A stretch of DNA of 64,000 bases. Origin: Escherichia coli (GTDB taxonomy: Bacteria > Pseudomonadota > Gammaproteobacteria > Enterobacterales > Enterobacteriaceae). How positions within the stretch are numbered: position 1 is the stretch's first letter; each line of letters starts with the position of its first letter. The DNA lies in assembly GCF_003018255.1 (NCBI RefSeq), contig NZ_CP027440.1. One strand, 5' to 3'. The translations under genes were made by a program, and so were the position numbers. Shown here piece by piece: positions 21,096 to 37,303 of the stretch. The notes beneath the pieces were generated by a model that was given only the letters and a program-made list of their open reading frames with translations, ran no database searches and was not told where the DNA came from.

Positions 21096-22262
21096 GTGAA
21101 ACATCTGCATCGATTCTTTAGCAGTGATGCCTCGGGAGGCATTATTCTTATCATTGCCGCTATCCTGGCGATGATTATGGCCAACAGCGGCGCAACCAGT
21201 GGATGGTATCACGACTTTCTGGAGACGCCGGTTCAGCTCCGGGTTGGTTCACTCGAAATCAACAAAAACATGCTGTTATGGATAAATGACGCGCTGATGG
21301 CGGTATTTTTCCTGTTAGTCGGTCTGGAAGTTAAACGTGAACTGATGCAAGGATCGCTAGCCAGCTTACGCCAGGCTGCATTTCCAGTTATCGCCGCTAT
21401 TGGTGGGATGATTGTGCCGGCATTACTCTATCTGGCCTTTAACCATGCCGATCCGATTACCCGCGAAGGGTGGGCGATCCCGGCGGCTACTGACATTGCT
21501 TTTGCACTTGGTGTGCTGGCGCTGTTGGGAAGTCGTGTTCCGTTAGCCCTGAAGATCTTTTTGATGGCTCTGGCTATTATCGACGATCTTGGGGCCATCA
21601 TTATCATCGCATTGTTCTACACTAATGACTTATCGATGGCCTCTCTTGGCGTCGCGGCTGTAGCAATTGCGGTACTCGCGGTATTGAATCTGTGTGGTGT
21701 ACGCCGCACGGGCGTCTATATTCTGGTTGGCGTGGTGTTGTGGACTGCGGTGTTGAAATCGGGGGTTCACGCAACCCTGGCGGGGGTAATTGTCGGCTTC
21801 TTTATTCCTTTGAAAGAGAAGCATGGGCGTTCTCCAGCGAAGCGACTGGAGCATGTGTTGCACCCGTGGGTGGCGTATCTGATTTTACCGCTGTTTGCAT
21901 TTGCTAATGCTGGCGTTTCACTGCAAGGCGTCACGCTGGATGGCTTGACCTCCATTCTGCCATTGGGGATCATCGCTGGCTTGCTGATTGGCAAACCGCT
22001 GGGGATTAGTCTGTTCTGCTGGTTGGCGCTGCGTTTGAAACTGGCGCATCTGCCTGAGGGAACGACTTATCAGCAAATTATGGCGGTGGGGATCCTGTGC
22101 GGTATCGGTTTTACTATGTCTATCTTTATTGCCAGCCTGGCCTTTGGTAGCGTAGATCCAGAACTGATTAACTGGGCGAAACTCGGTATCCTGGTCGGTT
22201 CTATCTCTTCGGCGGTAATTGGATACAGCTGGTTACGCGTTCGTTTGCGTCCATCAGTTTGA
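21096..22262 (+). CDS. nhaA: Na+/H+ antiporter NhaA
   Basis: 388-aa membrane [33 protein letters not shown]... Confidence 0.98.
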   Translation: MKHLHRFFSSDASGGIILIIAAILAMIMANSGATSGWYHDFLETPVQLRVGSLEINKNMLLWINDALMAVFFLLVGLEVKRELMQGSLASLRQAAFPVIAAIGGMIVPALLYLAFNHADPITREGWAIPAATDIAFALGVLALLGSRVPLALKIFLMALAIIDDLGAIIIIALFYTNDLSMASLGVAAVAIAVLAVLNLCGVRRTGVYILVGVVLWTAVLKSGVHATLAGVIVGFFIPLKEKHGRSPAKRLEHVLHPWVAYLILPLFAFANAGVSLQGVTLDGLTSILPLGIIAGLLIGKPLGISLFCWLALRLKLAHLPEGTTYQQIMAVGILCGIGFTMSIFIASLAFGSVDPELINWAKLGILVGSISSAVIGYSWLRVRLRPSV

Positions 22263-22276
22263 CAGGACGGTTTACC

Positions 22277-22303
22277 GGGGAGCCATAAACGGCTCCCTTT
22301 TCA
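22277..22303 (+). terminator. Hairpin downstream of nhaA (partial terminator/attenuator before nhaR)
   Basis: GGGGAGCC-ataaac-GGCTCCC followed by TTTTC. Confidence 0.5.
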
Positions 22304-22321
22304 TTGTTATCAGGGAGAGAA

Positions 22322-23227
22322 ATGAGCATGTCTCATATCAATTACAACCACTTGTATTACTTCTGGCATGTCTATAAAGAAGGTTCCGTGGTTGGCGCAG
22401 CGGAGGCGCTTTATTTAACACCACAAACCATTACCGGACAGATTCGGGCGCTGGAAGAGCGCCTGCAAGGCAAATTATTTAAGCGCAAGGGACGTGGCCT
22501 CGAGCCCAGCGAGCTGGGAGAGCTGGTCTATCGCTATGCCGATAAAATGTTCACCTTAAGCCAGGAAATGCTGGATATCGTCAACTATCGCAAAGAGTCC
22601 AACTTATTGTTTGATGTTGGTGTGGCAGATGCACTTTCCAAACGTCTGGTCAGCAGTGTTCTGGATGCCGCAGTTGTGGAAGACGAGCAGATCCATCTAC
22701 GCTGTTTCGAATCGACGCACGAGATGCTTTTAGAGCAGTTGAGTCAGCATAAACTGGATATGATCATCTCTGACTGTCCGATCGATTCCACTCAGCAGGA
22801 AGGGCTGTTTTCCATGAAAATTGGCGAATGTGGTGTCAGTTTCTGGTGCACTAACCCACTACCAGAAAAGCCGTTTCCTGCCTGTCTTGAAGAGCGTCGT
22901 TTACTTATTCCGGGGCGTCGCTCAATGTTGGGGCGTAAGCTATTAAACTGGTTTAACTCCCAGGGCTTGAACGTCGAAATTTTGGGTGAGTTTGATGATG
23001 CTGCGTTGATGAAAGCCTTTGGGGCGACGCATAACGCTATTTTCGTTGCACCTTCGCTTTACGCTAATGATTTCTATAACGATGACTCGGTTGTGGAGAT
23101 AGGCCGTGTTGAGAACGTGATGGAAGAGTACCACGCGATTTTTGCCGAAAGGATGATTCAGCACCCTGCAGTACAGCGTATCTGCAATACAGACTATTCT
23201 GCGCTGTTTACTCCAGCTTCAAAATAA
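22322..23227 (+). CDS. nhaR: LysR-type transcriptional activator NhaR
   Basis: 301-aa product [46 protein letters not shown]... with HTH. Confidence 0.97.
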   Translation: MSMSHINYNHLYYFWHVYKEGSVVGAAEALYLTPQTITGQIRALEERLQGKLFKRKGRGLEPSELGELVYRYADKMFTLSQEMLDIVNYRKESNLLFDVGVADALSKRLVSSVLDAAVVEDEQIHLRCFESTHEMLLEQLSQHKLDMIISDCPIDSTQQEGLFSMKIGECGVSFWCTNPLPEKPFPACLEERRLLIPGRRSMLGRKLLNWFNSQGLNVEILGEFDDAALMKAFGATHNAIFVAPSLYANDFYNDDSVVEIGRVENVMEEYHAIFAERMIQHPAVQRICNTDYSALFTPASK

Positions 23228-23270
23228 ACATTTGTACTTTGCAGGCCGAATTTTGGCCTGCAGATGGATA

Positions 23271-23300
23271 TAAAAAAACCCGCCAGAGCGGGTTTTTTTA
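23271..23300. terminator. Bidirectional rho-independent terminator between convergent nhaR and rpsT
   Basis: AAAAAAACCCGCCAGAGCGGGTTTTTTT, a symmetric hairpin with A- and T-runs; a second hairpin GCAGGCC-gaatttt-GGCCTGC lies at 23241-23261. Confidence 0.85.
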
Positions 23301-23322
23301 CAAAGCTGACAACAACAGGCAA

Positions 23323-23607
<285 letters not shown>

Positions 23608-23688
23608 CTATATGGACAATTCAAAGGCCGAGGAATATGCCCTTTTAGCCTTCTTTTGTCAATGGATTTGTGCAAATAAGCGCCGTTA

Positions 23689-23907
23689 ATGTGCCGGCAC
23701 TCGTTACGTAGTGATGGCGCAGGATTCTACCAGCTTGCGGGGTGTGAATACAGCTTTTCCGCGAGAAAAATTGCAGCAGGCGGTCAGTTTCTTCCCATGA
23801 TTTGCGCCATAGCAATGAAAAGCCACTTCTTTCTGATTTCGGTACTCAATCGCCGGTTAACCTTGACCGCTGTACAAGGTATACTCGGACGATTTTCACT
23901 GTTTTGA
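23689..23907 (+). CDS. yaaY: Uncharacterized small protein YaaY (72 aa)
   Basis: ORF MCRHSLRSDGAGFYQLAGCEY... immediately upstream of ribF; weak coding signal. Confidence 0.5.
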   Translation: MCRHSLRSDGAGFYQLAGCEYSFSARKIAAGGQFLPMICAIAMKSHFFLISVLNRRLTLTAVQGILGRFSLF

Positions 23908-23914
23908 GCCAGAC

Positions 23915-24856
23915 ATGAAGCTGATACGCGGCATACATAATCTCAGCCAGGCCCCGCAAGAAGGGTGTGTGCTGACTATTGGTAATTTCGACGGCGTGCA
24001 TCGCGGTCATCGCGCGCTGTTACAGGGCTTGCAGGAAGAAGGGCGCAAGCGCAACTTACCGGTGATGGTGATGCTTTTTGAACCTCAACCACTGGAACTG
24101 TTTGCTACTGATAAAGCCCCGGCACGGCTCACCCGGCTGCGGGAAAAACTGCGTTATCTTGCAGAGTGTGGTGTTGATTACGTGCTGTGCGTGCGTTTTG
24201 ACAGGCGTTTTGCGGCGTTAACCGCGCAAAACTTCATCAGTGATCTTCTGGTGAAGCACTTGCGGGTAAAATTTCTTGCCGTAGGTGACGATTTCCGCTT
24301 TGGCGCTGGTCGTGAAGGCGATTTCTTGTTATTACAGAAAGCGGGCATGGAATACGGCTTCGATATCACCAGCACGCAAACTTTTTGCGAAGGTGGCGTG
24401 CGTATCAGCAGCACCGCCGTGCGTCAGGCGCTTGCGGATGACAATCTGGCTCTGGCAGAAAGTTTACTGGGGCACCCGTTTGCTATCTCCGGGCGTGTAG
24501 TCCACGGTGATGAATTAGGGCGCACTATAGGTTTCCCGACGGCGAATGTACCGCTACGCCGTCAGGTTTCCCCGGTGAAAGGGGTTTATGCGGTAGAAGT
24601 GTTGGGCCTTGGCGAAAAGCCGTTACCCGGCGTTGCAAACATCGGAACACGCCCAACGGTTGCCGGTATTCGCCAGCAACTGGAAGTGCATTTGTTAGAT
24701 GTTGCAATGGACCTTTATGGTCGCCATATACAAGTAGTGCTGCGTAAAAAAATACGCAATGAGCAGCGATTTGCATCGCTGGACGAACTGAAAGCGCAGA
24801 TTGCGCGTGATGAATTAACCGCCCGCGAATTTTTTGGGCTAACAAAACCGGCTTAA
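23915..24856 (+). CDS. ribF: Bifunctional riboflavin kinase / FMN adenylyltransferase
   Basis: 313-aa ORF MKLIRGIHNLSQAPQEGCVLTIGNFDGVHRGHRALL... Confidence 0.98.
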   Translation: MKLIRGIHNLSQAPQEGCVLTIGNFDGVHRGHRALLQGLQEEGRKRNLPVMVMLFEPQPLELFATDKAPARLTRLREKLRYLAECGVDYVLCVRFDRRFAALTAQNFISDLLVKHLRVKFLAVGDDFRFGAGREGDFLLLQKAGMEYGFDITSTQTFCEGGVRISSTAVRQALADDNLALAESLLGHPFAISGRVVHGDELGRTIGFPTANVPLRRQVSPVKGVYAVEVLGLGEKPLPGVANIGTRPTVAGIRQQLEVHLLDVAMDLYGRHIQVVLRKKIRNEQRFASLDELKAQIARDELTAREFFGLTKPA

Positions 24857-24898
24857 GCCTGTTATGTAATCAAACCGAAATACGGAACCGAGAATCTG

Positions 24899-27715
24899 AT
24901 GAGTGACTATAAATCAACCCTGAATTTGCCGGAAACAGGGTTCCCGATGCGTGGCGATCTCGCCAAGCGCGAACCGGGAATGCTGGCGCGTTGGACTGAT
25001 GATGATCTGTACGGCATCATTCGTGCAGCTAAAAAAGGCAAAAAAACCTTCATTCTGCATGATGGCCCTCCTTATGCGAATGGCAGTATTCATATTGGTC
25101 ACTCGGTTAACAAGATTCTGAAAGACATTATCATTAAGTCCAAAGGGCTTTCTGGATATGACTCGCCGTATGTGCCTGGCTGGGACTGTCATGGTCTGCC
25201 AATCGAGCTGAAAGTAGAGCAAGAATACGGTAAGCCGGGGGAGAAATTCACCGCCGCTGAGTTCCGCGCCAAGTGCCGCGAATACGCTGCGACCCAGGTT
25301 GACGGTCAGCGCAAAGACTTTATCCGTCTGGGCGTGCTGGGCGACTGGTCGCACCCGTACCTGACCATGGACTTCAAAACTGAAGCCAACATCATCCGCG
25401 CGCTGGGCAAAATCATCGGCAACGGTCACCTGCACAAAGGCGCGAAGCCGGTGCACTGGTGCGTTGACTGCCGTTCTGCACTGGCAGAAGCGGAAGTTGA
25501 GTATTACGACAAAACTTCTCCGTCCATCGACGTCGCTTTCCAGGCGGTCGATCAGGATGCGCTTAAAACGAAATTTGGCGTAAGCAATGTTAACGGCCCA
25601 ATTTCGCTGGTTATATGGACCACCACGCCGTGGACGCTGCCTGCTAACCGCGCAATCTCCATCGCACCTGATTTTGATTATGCGCTGGTGCAAATCGACG
25701 GTCAGGCCGTGATCCTCGCGAAAGATCTGGTTGAAAGCGTAATGCAGCGTATCGGCGTTAGCGATTACACCATTCTTGGCACGGTGAAAGGTGCCGAGCT
25801 GGAACTGTTGCGCTTTACCCATCCGTTTATGGACTTCGATGTTCCGGCAATTCTCGGCGACCACGTTACGCTGGATGCCGGTACCGGTGCCGTTCATACC
25901 GCGCCAGGCCACGGTCCGGACGACTATGTGATCGGTCAAAAATATGGTCTGGAAACCGCTAACCCGGTTGGCCCGGACGGCACTTATCTGCCGGGTACTT
26001 ACCCGACTCTGGATGGCGTTAACGTCTTCAAAGCGAACGATATTGTCATTGCGTTGTTGCAGGAAAAAGGCGCACTGTTGCACGTTGAGAAAATGCAACA
26101 CAGCTATCCGTGCTGCTGGCGTCATAAAACGCCGATCATCTTCCGCGCGACGCCGCAGTGGTTCGTCAGCATGGATCAGAAAGGTCTGCGTGCGCAGTCA
26201 CTGAAAGAGATCAAAGGCGTGCAGTGGATCCCTGACTGGGGCCAGGCGCGTATCGAGTCGATGGTTGCTAACCGTCCTGACTGGTGTATCTCTCGTCAGC
26301 GTACCTGGGGCGTGCCGATGTCACTGTTCGTGCACAAAGACACAGAAGAACTGCATCCGCGTACTCTCGAACTGATGGAAGAAGTGGCAAAACGCGTTGA
26401 AGTTGACGGCATTCAGGCGTGGTGGGATCTCGATGCGAAAGAGATCCTCGGCGACGAAGCTGACCAGTATGTGAAAGTACCGGATACGCTGGATGTATGG
26501 TTTGACTCCGGATCTACCCACTCTTCCGTTGTTGATGTGCGTCCGGAATTTGCCGGTCACGCAGCGGACATGTATCTGGAAGGTTCTGACCAACACCGTG
26601 GCTGGTTCATGTCTTCCCTGATGATCTCTACCGCGATGAAGGGCAAAGCGCCATATCGTCAGGTACTGACTCACGGCTTTACCGTGGATGGTCAGGGGCG
26701 CAAGATGTCTAAATCCATCGGTAACACCGTTTCGCCGCAGGATGTGATGAACAAACTGGGTGCGGATATTCTGCGTCTGTGGGTGGCATCAACCGACTAC
26801 ACTGGCGAAATGGCCGTTTCTGACGAGATCCTGAAACGTGCTGCCGACAGCTATCGTCGTATCCGTAACACCGCGCGCTTCCTGCTGGCAAACCTGAACG
26901 GTTTTGATCCGGCAAAAGATATGGTGAAACCGGAAGAGATGGTGGTACTGGATCGCTGGGCCGTAGGTTGTGCGAAAGCGGCACAGGAAGACATCCTCAA
27001 AGCGTACGAAGCATACGATTTCCACGAAGTGGTACAGCGTCTGATGCGCTTCTGCTCCGTTGAGATGGGGTCCTTCTACCTCGACATCATCAAAGACCGT
27101 CAGTATACCGCCAAAGCGGACAGCGTGGCGCGTCGTAGCTGCCAGACTGCGCTGTATCACATCGCAGAAGCGCTGGTTCGCTGGATGGCACCAATCCTCT
27201 CCTTCACCGCTGATGAAGTGTGGGGTTACCTGCCGGGCGAACGTGAAAAATACGTCTTCACCGGTGAGTGGTACGAAGGCCTGTTTGGTCTGGCAGACAG
27301 TGAAGCAATGAACGATGCGTTCTGGGACGAGCTGTTGAAAGTGCGTGGCGAAGTGAACAAAGTCATTGAGCAAGCGCGTGCCGATAAGAAAGTGGGCGGC
27401 TCGCTGGAAGCGGCAGTAACCTTGTATGCAGAACCGGAACTGGCGGCGAAACTGACCGCGCTGGGCGATGAATTACGATTTGTCCTGTTGACCTCCGGCG
27501 CTACCGTTGCAGACTATAACGACGCACCTGCTGACGCCCAGCAGAGCGAAGTCCTCAAAGGGCTGAAAGTCGCGTTGAGTAAAGCCGAAGGTGAGAAGTG
27601 CCCACGCTGCTGGCACTACACCCAGGATGTCGGCAAGGTGGCGGAACACGCAGAAATCTGCGGCCGCTGTGTCAGCAACGTCGCCGGTGACGGTGAAAAA
27701 CGTAAGTTTGCCTGA
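24899..27715 (+). CDS. ileS: Isoleucyl-tRNA synthetase
   Basis: 938-aa ORF with class I aaRS HIGH ([11 protein letters not shown]) and KMSKS motifs; C-terminal zinc-binding cysteines. Confidence 0.99.
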
Positions 27716-28209
27716 TGAGTCAATCGATCTGTTCAACAGGGCTACGCTGGCTGTGGCTGGTGGTAGTCGTGCTGATTATCGATCTGGGCAGCAAATACCT
27801 GATCCTCCAGAACTTTGCTCTGGGGGATACGGTCCCGCTGTTCCCGTCGCTTAATCTGCATTATGCGCGTAACTATGGCGCGGCGTTTAGTTTCCTTGCC
27901 GATAGTGGCGGCTGGCAGCGTTGGTTTTTTGCCGGTATTGCGATTGGTATTAGCGTGATCCTGGCAGTGATGATGTATCGCTCGAAGGCCACGCAGAAGC
28001 TAAACAATATCGCTTACGCGCTGATTATTGGCGGCGCGCTGGGCAACCTGTTCGACCGCCTGTGGCACGGCTTCGTTGTCGATATGATCGACTTCTATGT
28101 CGGCGACTGGCACTTCGCCACCTTCAACCTTGCCGATACTGCCATTTGTGTCGGTGCGGCACTGATTGTGCTGGAAGGTTTTTTACCTTCTAAAGCGAAA
28201 AAACAATAA
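27715..28209 (+). CDS. lspA: Lipoprotein signal peptidase (signal peptidase II)
   Basis: 164-aa membrane [33 protein letters not shown]...; ATG overlaps the ileS stop by 1 nt. Confidence 0.98.
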
Positions 28210-28214
28210 TAAAC

Positions 28215-28288
28215 CCTGCCGGATGCGATGCTGACGCATCTTATCCGGCCTACAGATTGCTGCGAAATCGTAGGCCGCATCCGGCAAA
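28215..28288. repeat. REP/BIME palindromic unit pair in the lspA-fkpB spacer
   Basis: GCCGGATGCGATGCTGACGCATCTTATCCGGCCTAC and inverted GTAGGCCGCATCCGGCA match the REP consensus. Confidence 0.85.
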
Positions 28289-28316
28289 AATCCTCAAAAT
28301 ATAAGAGCAAACCTGC

Positions 28317-28766
28317 ATGTCTGAATCTGTACAGAGCAATAGCGCCGTCCTGGTGCACTTCACGCTGAAACTCGATGATGGCACCACCGCTGAGTCTACC
28401 CGCAACAACGGTAAACCGGCGCTGTTCCGCCTGGGTGATGCTTCTCTTTCTGAAGGGCTGGAGCAACACCTGCTGGGGCTGAAAGTGGGCGATAAAACCA
28501 CCTTCTCGCTGGAGCCTGATGCGGCGTTTGGCGTGCCGTCACCGGACCTGATTCAGTACTTCTCCCGCCGTGAATTTATGGATGCAGGCGAGCCAGAAAT
28601 TGGCGCAATCATGCTTTTTACCGCAATGGATGGCAGTGAGATGCCTGGCGTGATCCGCGAAATTAACGGCGACTCCATTACCGTTGATTTCAACCATCCG
28701 CTGGCCGGGCAGACCGTTCATTTTGATATTGAAGTGCTGGAAATCGATCCGGCACTGGAGGCGTAA
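28317..28766 (+). CDS. fkpB: FKBP-type peptidyl-prolyl cis-trans isomerase FkpB (SlpA)
   Basis: 149-aa [43 protein letters not shown]... Confidence 0.97.
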
Positions 28767-28767
28767 C

Positions 28768-29718
28768 ATGCAGATCCTGTTGGCCAACCCGCGTGGTTTT
28801 TGTGCCGGGGTAGACCGCGCTATCAGCATTGTTGAAAACGCGCTGGCCATTTACGGCGCACCGATATATGTCCGTCACGAAGTGGTGCATAACCGCTACG
28901 TGGTCGATAGCTTGCGCGAGCGTGGGGCTATCTTTATTGAGCAGATTAGCGAAGTACCGGACGGCGCGATCCTGATTTTCTCCGCACACGGTGTTTCTCA
29001 GGCAGTACGTAACGAAGCGAAAAGCCGCGATTTGACGGTGTTTGATGCCACCTGTCCGCTGGTGACCAAAGTGCATATGGAAGTCGCCCGCGCCAGCCGT
29101 CGTGGTGAAGAATCTATTCTCATCGGTCACGCCGGGCACCCGGAAGTGGAAGGGACGATGGGCCAGTACAGCAACCCGGAAGGGGGAATGTATCTGGTCG
29201 AATCGCCAGACGATGTGTGGAAACTGACGGTCAAAAACGAAGAGAAGCTCTCCTTTATGACCCAAACCACGCTGTCGGTGGATGACACGTCTGATGTGAT
29301 CGACGCGCTGCGTAAACGCTTCCCGAAAATTGTCGGTCCGCGCAAAGATGACATCTGCTACGCCACGACTAACCGTCAGGAGGCGGTACGCGCCCTGGCA
29401 GAGCAGGCGGAAGTAGTACTGGTGGTTGGTTCGAAAAACTCCTCCAACTCCAACCGTCTGGCGGAACTGGCCCAGCGTATGGGCAAACGCGCATTTTTGA
29501 TTGACGATGCGAAAGATATCCAGGAAGAGTGGGTAAAAGGCGTGAACTGCGTTGGCGTGACTGCGGGCGCATCGGCTCCGGATATTCTGGTGCAGAATGT
29601 GGTGGCACGTTTGCAACAGCTGGGCGGTGGTGAAGCCATTCCGCTGGAAGGTCGTGAAGAAAACATTGTTTTCGAAGTGCCGAAAGAGCTGCGTGTCGAT
29701 ATTCGTGAAGTCGATTAA
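28768..29718 (+). CDS. ispH: 4-hydroxy-3-methylbut-2-enyl diphosphate reductase (LytB)
   Basis: 316-aa product [42 protein letters not shown]...; conserved start inside the longer track ORF. Confidence 0.98.
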   Translation: MQILLANPRGFCAGVDRAISIVENALAIYGAPIYVRHEVVHNRYVVDSLRERGAIFIEQISEVPDGAILIFSAHGVSQAVRNEAKSRDLTVFDATCPLVTKVHMEVARASRRGEESILIGHAGHPEVEGTMGQYSNPEGGMYLVESPDDVWKLTVKNEEKLSFMTQTTLSVDDTSDVIDALRKRFPKIVGPRKDDICYATTNRQEAVRALAEQAEVVLVVGSKNSSNSNRLAELAQRMGKRAFLIDDAKDIQEEWVKGVNCVGVTAGASAPDILVQNVVARLQQLGGGEAIPLEGREENIVFEVPKELRVDIREVD

Positions 29719-29742
29719 GTCATTAGCAGCCTAAGTTATGCG

Positions 29743-29773
29743 AAAATGCCGGTCTTGTTACCGGCATTTTTTA
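29743..29773 (+). terminator. ispH operon terminator
   Basis: Hairpin ATGCCGGT-cttgtta-CCGGCAT followed by TTTTTT. Confidence 0.8.
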
Positions 29774-29783
29774 TGGAGAAAAC

Positions 29784-30698
29784 ATGCGTTTACCTATCTT
29801 CCTCGATACAGACCCCGGCATTGACGATGCCGTTGCCATTGCCGCCGCGATTTTTACCCCCGAACTCGATCTGCAACTGATGACCACTGTCGCGGGTAAT
29901 GTTTCGGTAGAGAAAACGACCCGCAACGCCCTGCAACTGCTGCATTTCTGGAATGCGGAGATTCCGCTTGCCCAGGGCGCTGCCGTACCACTGGTTCGTG
30001 CGCCGCGCGATGCGGCATCTGTACACGGTGAATCGGGAATGGCTGGCTATGACTTTGTTGAACACAACCGTCAGCCACTGGGTATACCGGCGTTTCTGGC
30101 AATTCGTGATGCCCTGATGCGTGCGCCAGAGCCCGTTACCCTGGTGGCCATCGGCCCGTTAACCAATATTGCGCTGTTACTTTCACAATGCCCGGAATGT
30201 AAGCCGTATATTCGCCGTCTGGTGATCATGGGCGGTTCTGCTGGTCGCGGCAACTGCACACCAAACGCCGAGTTTAATATCGCTGCCGATCCAGAAGCGG
30301 CAGCCTGTGTCTTCCGTAGCGGCATCGAAATCGTCATGTGCGGTCTGGATGTCACCAATCAGGCAATATTAACCCCTGACTATCTCGCTACCTTGCCGGA
30401 GTTGAATCGCACCGGAAAAATGCTCCACGCCCTGTTTAGTCACTACCGTAGCGGCAGTATGCAAAGTGGACTGCGAATGCACGATCTCTGCGCCATCGCC
30501 TGGCTGGTGCGCCCGGACCTGTTCACTCTCAAGCCGTGTTTTGTGGCAGTGGAAACGCAGGGCGAATTTACCTCTGGCACGACGGTGGTTGATATCGACG
30601 GTTGCCTGGGCAAACCAGCCAATGTACAGGTGGCATTGGATCTGAATGTAAAAGGCTTCCAGCAGTGGGTAGCTGAGGTGCTGGCTCTGGTGCCGTAA
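29784..30698 (+). CDS. rihC: Non-specific ribonucleoside hydrolase RihC
   Basis: 304-aa [27 protein letters not shown]... (IU-nucleoside hydrolase DTDPGIDD motif). Confidence 0.97.
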   Translation: MRLPIFLDTDPGIDDAVAIAAAIFTPELDLQLMTTVAGNVSVEKTTRNALQLLHFWNAEIPLAQGAAVPLVRAPRDAASVHGESGMAGYDFVEHNRQPLGIPAFLAIRDALMRAPEPVTLVAIGPLTNIALLLSQCPECKPYIRRLVIMGGSAGRGNCTPNAEFNIAADPEAAACVFRSGIEIVMCGLDVTNQAILTPDYLATLPELNRTGKMLHALFSHYRSGSMQSGLRMHDLCAIAWLVRPDLFTLKPCFVAVETQGEFTSGTTVVDIDGCLGKPANVQVALDLNVKGFQQWVAEVLALVP

Positions 30699-30849
30699 CC
30701 TGTCACATGTTATCGGCATGCAGTCATTCATCGACTCATGCCTTTCACTGATATCCCTCCCTGTTTATCATTAATTTCTAATTATCAGCGTTTTTGGCTG
30801 GCGGCGTAGCGATGCGCTGGTTACTCTGAAAACGGTCTATGCAAATTAA

Positions 30850-31686
<837 letters not shown>

Positions 31687-32089
31687 CCACAAAATATTTA
31701 TAGTGATGCAAAAATAACACATTTAATGCATTGAATATAAAGGGCTTTAATTTTTAGCCCTTTTATTTTTGGTGTTATGCTTTTAAATTTAATGCAAGTG
31801 CTGAAAATTACATGTTTTGTATTCTGTTTTTGTTGTTTTAATGTAAATTTTGACCATTTGGTCCACTTTTTTCTGCTCATTTTGATTTCATGCAATCTTC
31901 TTGCTGCGCAAGCGTTTTCCAGAACATGTTATATGATCTTTTTGTCGCTTAATGCCTGTAAAACATGCATGAGCCACAAAATAATATAAAAAATCCCGCC
32001 ATTAAGTTGACTTTTAGCGCCCATATCTCCAGAATGCCGCCGTTTGCCAGAAATTCGTCGGTAAGCAGATTTGCATTGATTTACGTCAT

Positions 32090-32135
32090 CATTGTGAATT
32101 AATATGCAAATAAAGTGAGTGAATATTCTCTGGAG
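32090..32135 (+). promoter_or_regulatory. carAB P2 region with tandem ARG boxes (ArgR operator)
   Basis: Two adjacent 18-bp elements resembling the ARG box consensus (TGTGAATTAATATGCAAA and GTGAGTGAATATTCTCTG) just upstream of the carA UUG start. Confidence 0.7.
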
Positions 32136-32141
32136 GGTGTT

Positions 32142-33290
32142 TTGATTAAGTCAGCGCTATTGGTTCTGGAAGACGGAACCCAGTTTCACGGTCGGGCCAT
32201 AGGGGCAACAGGTTCGGCGGTTGGGGAAGTCGTTTTCAATACTTCAATGACCGGTTATCAAGAAATCCTCACTGATCCTTCCTATTCTCGTCAAATCGTT
32301 ACTCTTACTTATCCCCATATTGGTAATGTCGGCACTAATGACGCCGATGAAGAATCTTCTCAGGTACATGCACAAGGTCTGGTGATTCGCGACCTGCCGC
32401 TGATTGCCAGCAACTTCCGTAATACCGAAGACCTCTCTTCTTACCTGAAGCGCCATAACATCGTGGCGATTGCCGATATCGATACCCGTAAGCTGACGCG
32501 TTTACTGCGCGAGAAAGGCGCACAGAATGGCTGCATTATCGCAGGCGATAACCCGGATGCGGCGCTGGCATTAGAAAAAGCCCGCGCGTTCCCAGGTCTG
32601 AACGGCATGGATCTGGCAAAAGAAGTGACCACCGCAGAAGCCTATAGCTGGACACAAGGGAGCTGGACGTTGACCGGCGGCCTGCCAGAAGCGAAGAAAG
32701 AAGACGAGCTGCCGTTCCATGTTGTGGCTTATGATTTTGGTGCCAAGCGCAACATCCTGCGCATGTTGGTGGATAGAGGCTGTCGTCTGACCATCGTTCC
32801 GGCGCAAACTTCTGCGGAAGACGTGCTGAAAATGAATCCAGACGGCATCTTCCTCTCCAACGGTCCTGGCGACCCGGCCCCGTGCGATTACGCCATTACC
32901 GCCATCCAGAAATTCCTCGAAACCGATATTCCGGTATTCGGCATCTGCCTCGGTCATCAGCTGCTGGCGCTGGCGAGCGGTGCGAAGACTGTAAAAATGA
33001 AATTTGGTCACCACGGCGGCAACCATCCGGTTAAAGATGTTGAGAAAAATGTGGTGATGATTACCGCCCAGAACCACGGTTTTGCGGTGGATGAAGCAAC
33101 ATTACCTGCAAACCTGCGTGTCACACATAAATCCCTGTTCGACGGTACGTTACAGGGCATTCATCGTACCGATAAACCGGCGTTCAGCTTCCAGGGACAC
33201 CCGGAAGCCAGCCCTGGTCCACACGACGCCGCGCCGTTGTTTGACCACTTTATCGAGTTAATTGAGCAGTACCGTAAAACCGCTAAGTAA
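32142..33290 (+). CDS. carA: Carbamoyl-phosphate synthase small (glutaminase) subunit
   Basis: 382-aa product (L/M)[23 protein letters not shown]... initiating at TTG (known non-AUG start); class I glutamine amidotransferase motif GICLGHQ. Confidence 0.97.
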   Translation: MIKSALLVLEDGTQFHGRAIGATGSAVGEVVFNTSMTGYQEILTDPSYSRQIVTLTYPHIGNVGTNDADEESSQVHAQGLVIRDLPLIASNFRNTEDLSSYLKRHNIVAIADIDTRKLTRLLREKGAQNGCIIAGDNPDAALALEKARAFPGLNGMDLAKEVTTAEAYSWTQGSWTLTGGLPEAKKEDELPFHVVAYDFGAKRNILRMLVDRGCRLTIVPAQTSAEDVLKMNPDGIFLSNGPGDPAPCDYAITAIQKFLETDIPVFGICLGHQLLALASGAKTVKMKFGHHGGNHPVKDVEKNVVMITAQNHGFAVDEATLPANLRVTHKSLFDGTLQGIHRTDKPAFSFQGHPEASPGPHDAAPLFDHFIELIEQYRKTAK

Positions 33291-33307
33291 TCAGGAGTAA
33301 AAGAGCC

Positions 33308-36529
<3,222 letters not shown>

Positions 36530-36582
36530 TAGCGTGTCATGGCGGATATTTTTCATCCGCTAATTTGATCGAATAACTAATA

Positions 36583-36610
36583 CGGTTCTCTGATGAGGAC
36601 CGTTTTTTTT
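36583..36610 (+). terminator. carAB terminator
   Basis: Hairpin CGGTTCTC-tgat-GAGGACCG followed by TTTTTTTT. Confidence 0.8.
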
Positions 36611-36789
36611 GCCCATTAAGTAAATCTTTTGGGGAATCGATATTTTTGATGACATAAGCAGGATTTAGCTCACACTTATCGACGGTGAAGTTGCATACTA
36701 TCGATATATCCACAATTTTAATATGGCCTTGTTTAATTGCTGCAAAACGAGTCATAGCCAGACTTTTAATTTGTGAAACTGGAGTTCGT

Positions 36790-37185
36790 ATGTGTGAAGG
36801 ATATGTTGAAAAACCACTCTACTTGTTAATCGCCGAATGGATGATGGCTGAAAATCGGTGGGTGATAGCAAGAGAGATCTCTATTCATTTCGATATTGAA
36901 CACAGCAAGGCGGTTAATACCCTGACTTATATTCTGTCGGAAGTCACAGAAATAAGCTGCGAAGTTAAGATGATCCCTAATAAGCTGGAAGGGCGGGGAT
37001 GCCAGTGTCAGCGACTGGTTAAAGTGGTCGATATCGATGAGCAAATTTACGCGCGCCTGCGCAATAACAGTCGGGAAAAATTAGTCGGCGTAAGAAAGAC
37101 GCCACGTATTCCTGCCGTTCCGCTCACGGAACTTAACCGCGAGCAGAAGTGGCAGATGATGTTGTCAAAGAGTATGCGTCGTTAA
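36790..37185 (+). CDS. caiF: Transcriptional activator CaiF of the cai/fix operons
   Basis: 131-aa product MCEGYVEKPLYLLIAEWMMAENRWVIAREISIHFDIEHSKAVNTLTYILSEV... Confidence 0.95.
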   Translation: MCEGYVEKPLYLLIAEWMMAENRWVIAREISIHFDIEHSKAVNTLTYILSEVTEISCEVKMIPNKLEGRGCQCQRLVKVVDIDEQIYARLRNNSREKLVGVRKTPRIPAVPLTELNREQKWQMMLSKSMRR

Positions 37186-37214
37186 TGTCGTTTCGTTGAT
37201 ACCGTGCGACCTGG

Positions 37215-37299
37215 TCGCCGGATGCGATGCTGGCGCATCTTATACGGCCTACGGTTCCTTTCCAGCCAGGTCGGATAAGGCGTTTACGCCGCATCCGGA
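37215..37299. repeat. REP/BIME palindromic units between caiF and caiE
   Basis: CGCCGGATGCGATGCTGGCGCATCTTATACGGCCTACG plus inverted AGGTCGGATAAGGCGTTTACGCCGCATCCGG. Confidence 0.85.
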
Positions 37300-37303
37300 A
37301 AGA

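Noticed and set aside
31687-32141. AT-rich 455-bp dapB-carA spacer as a possible horizontally acquired fragment or sRNA locus.
   Set aside because: Length and content match the known carAB dual-promoter control region; ARG boxes are visible next to the carA start.
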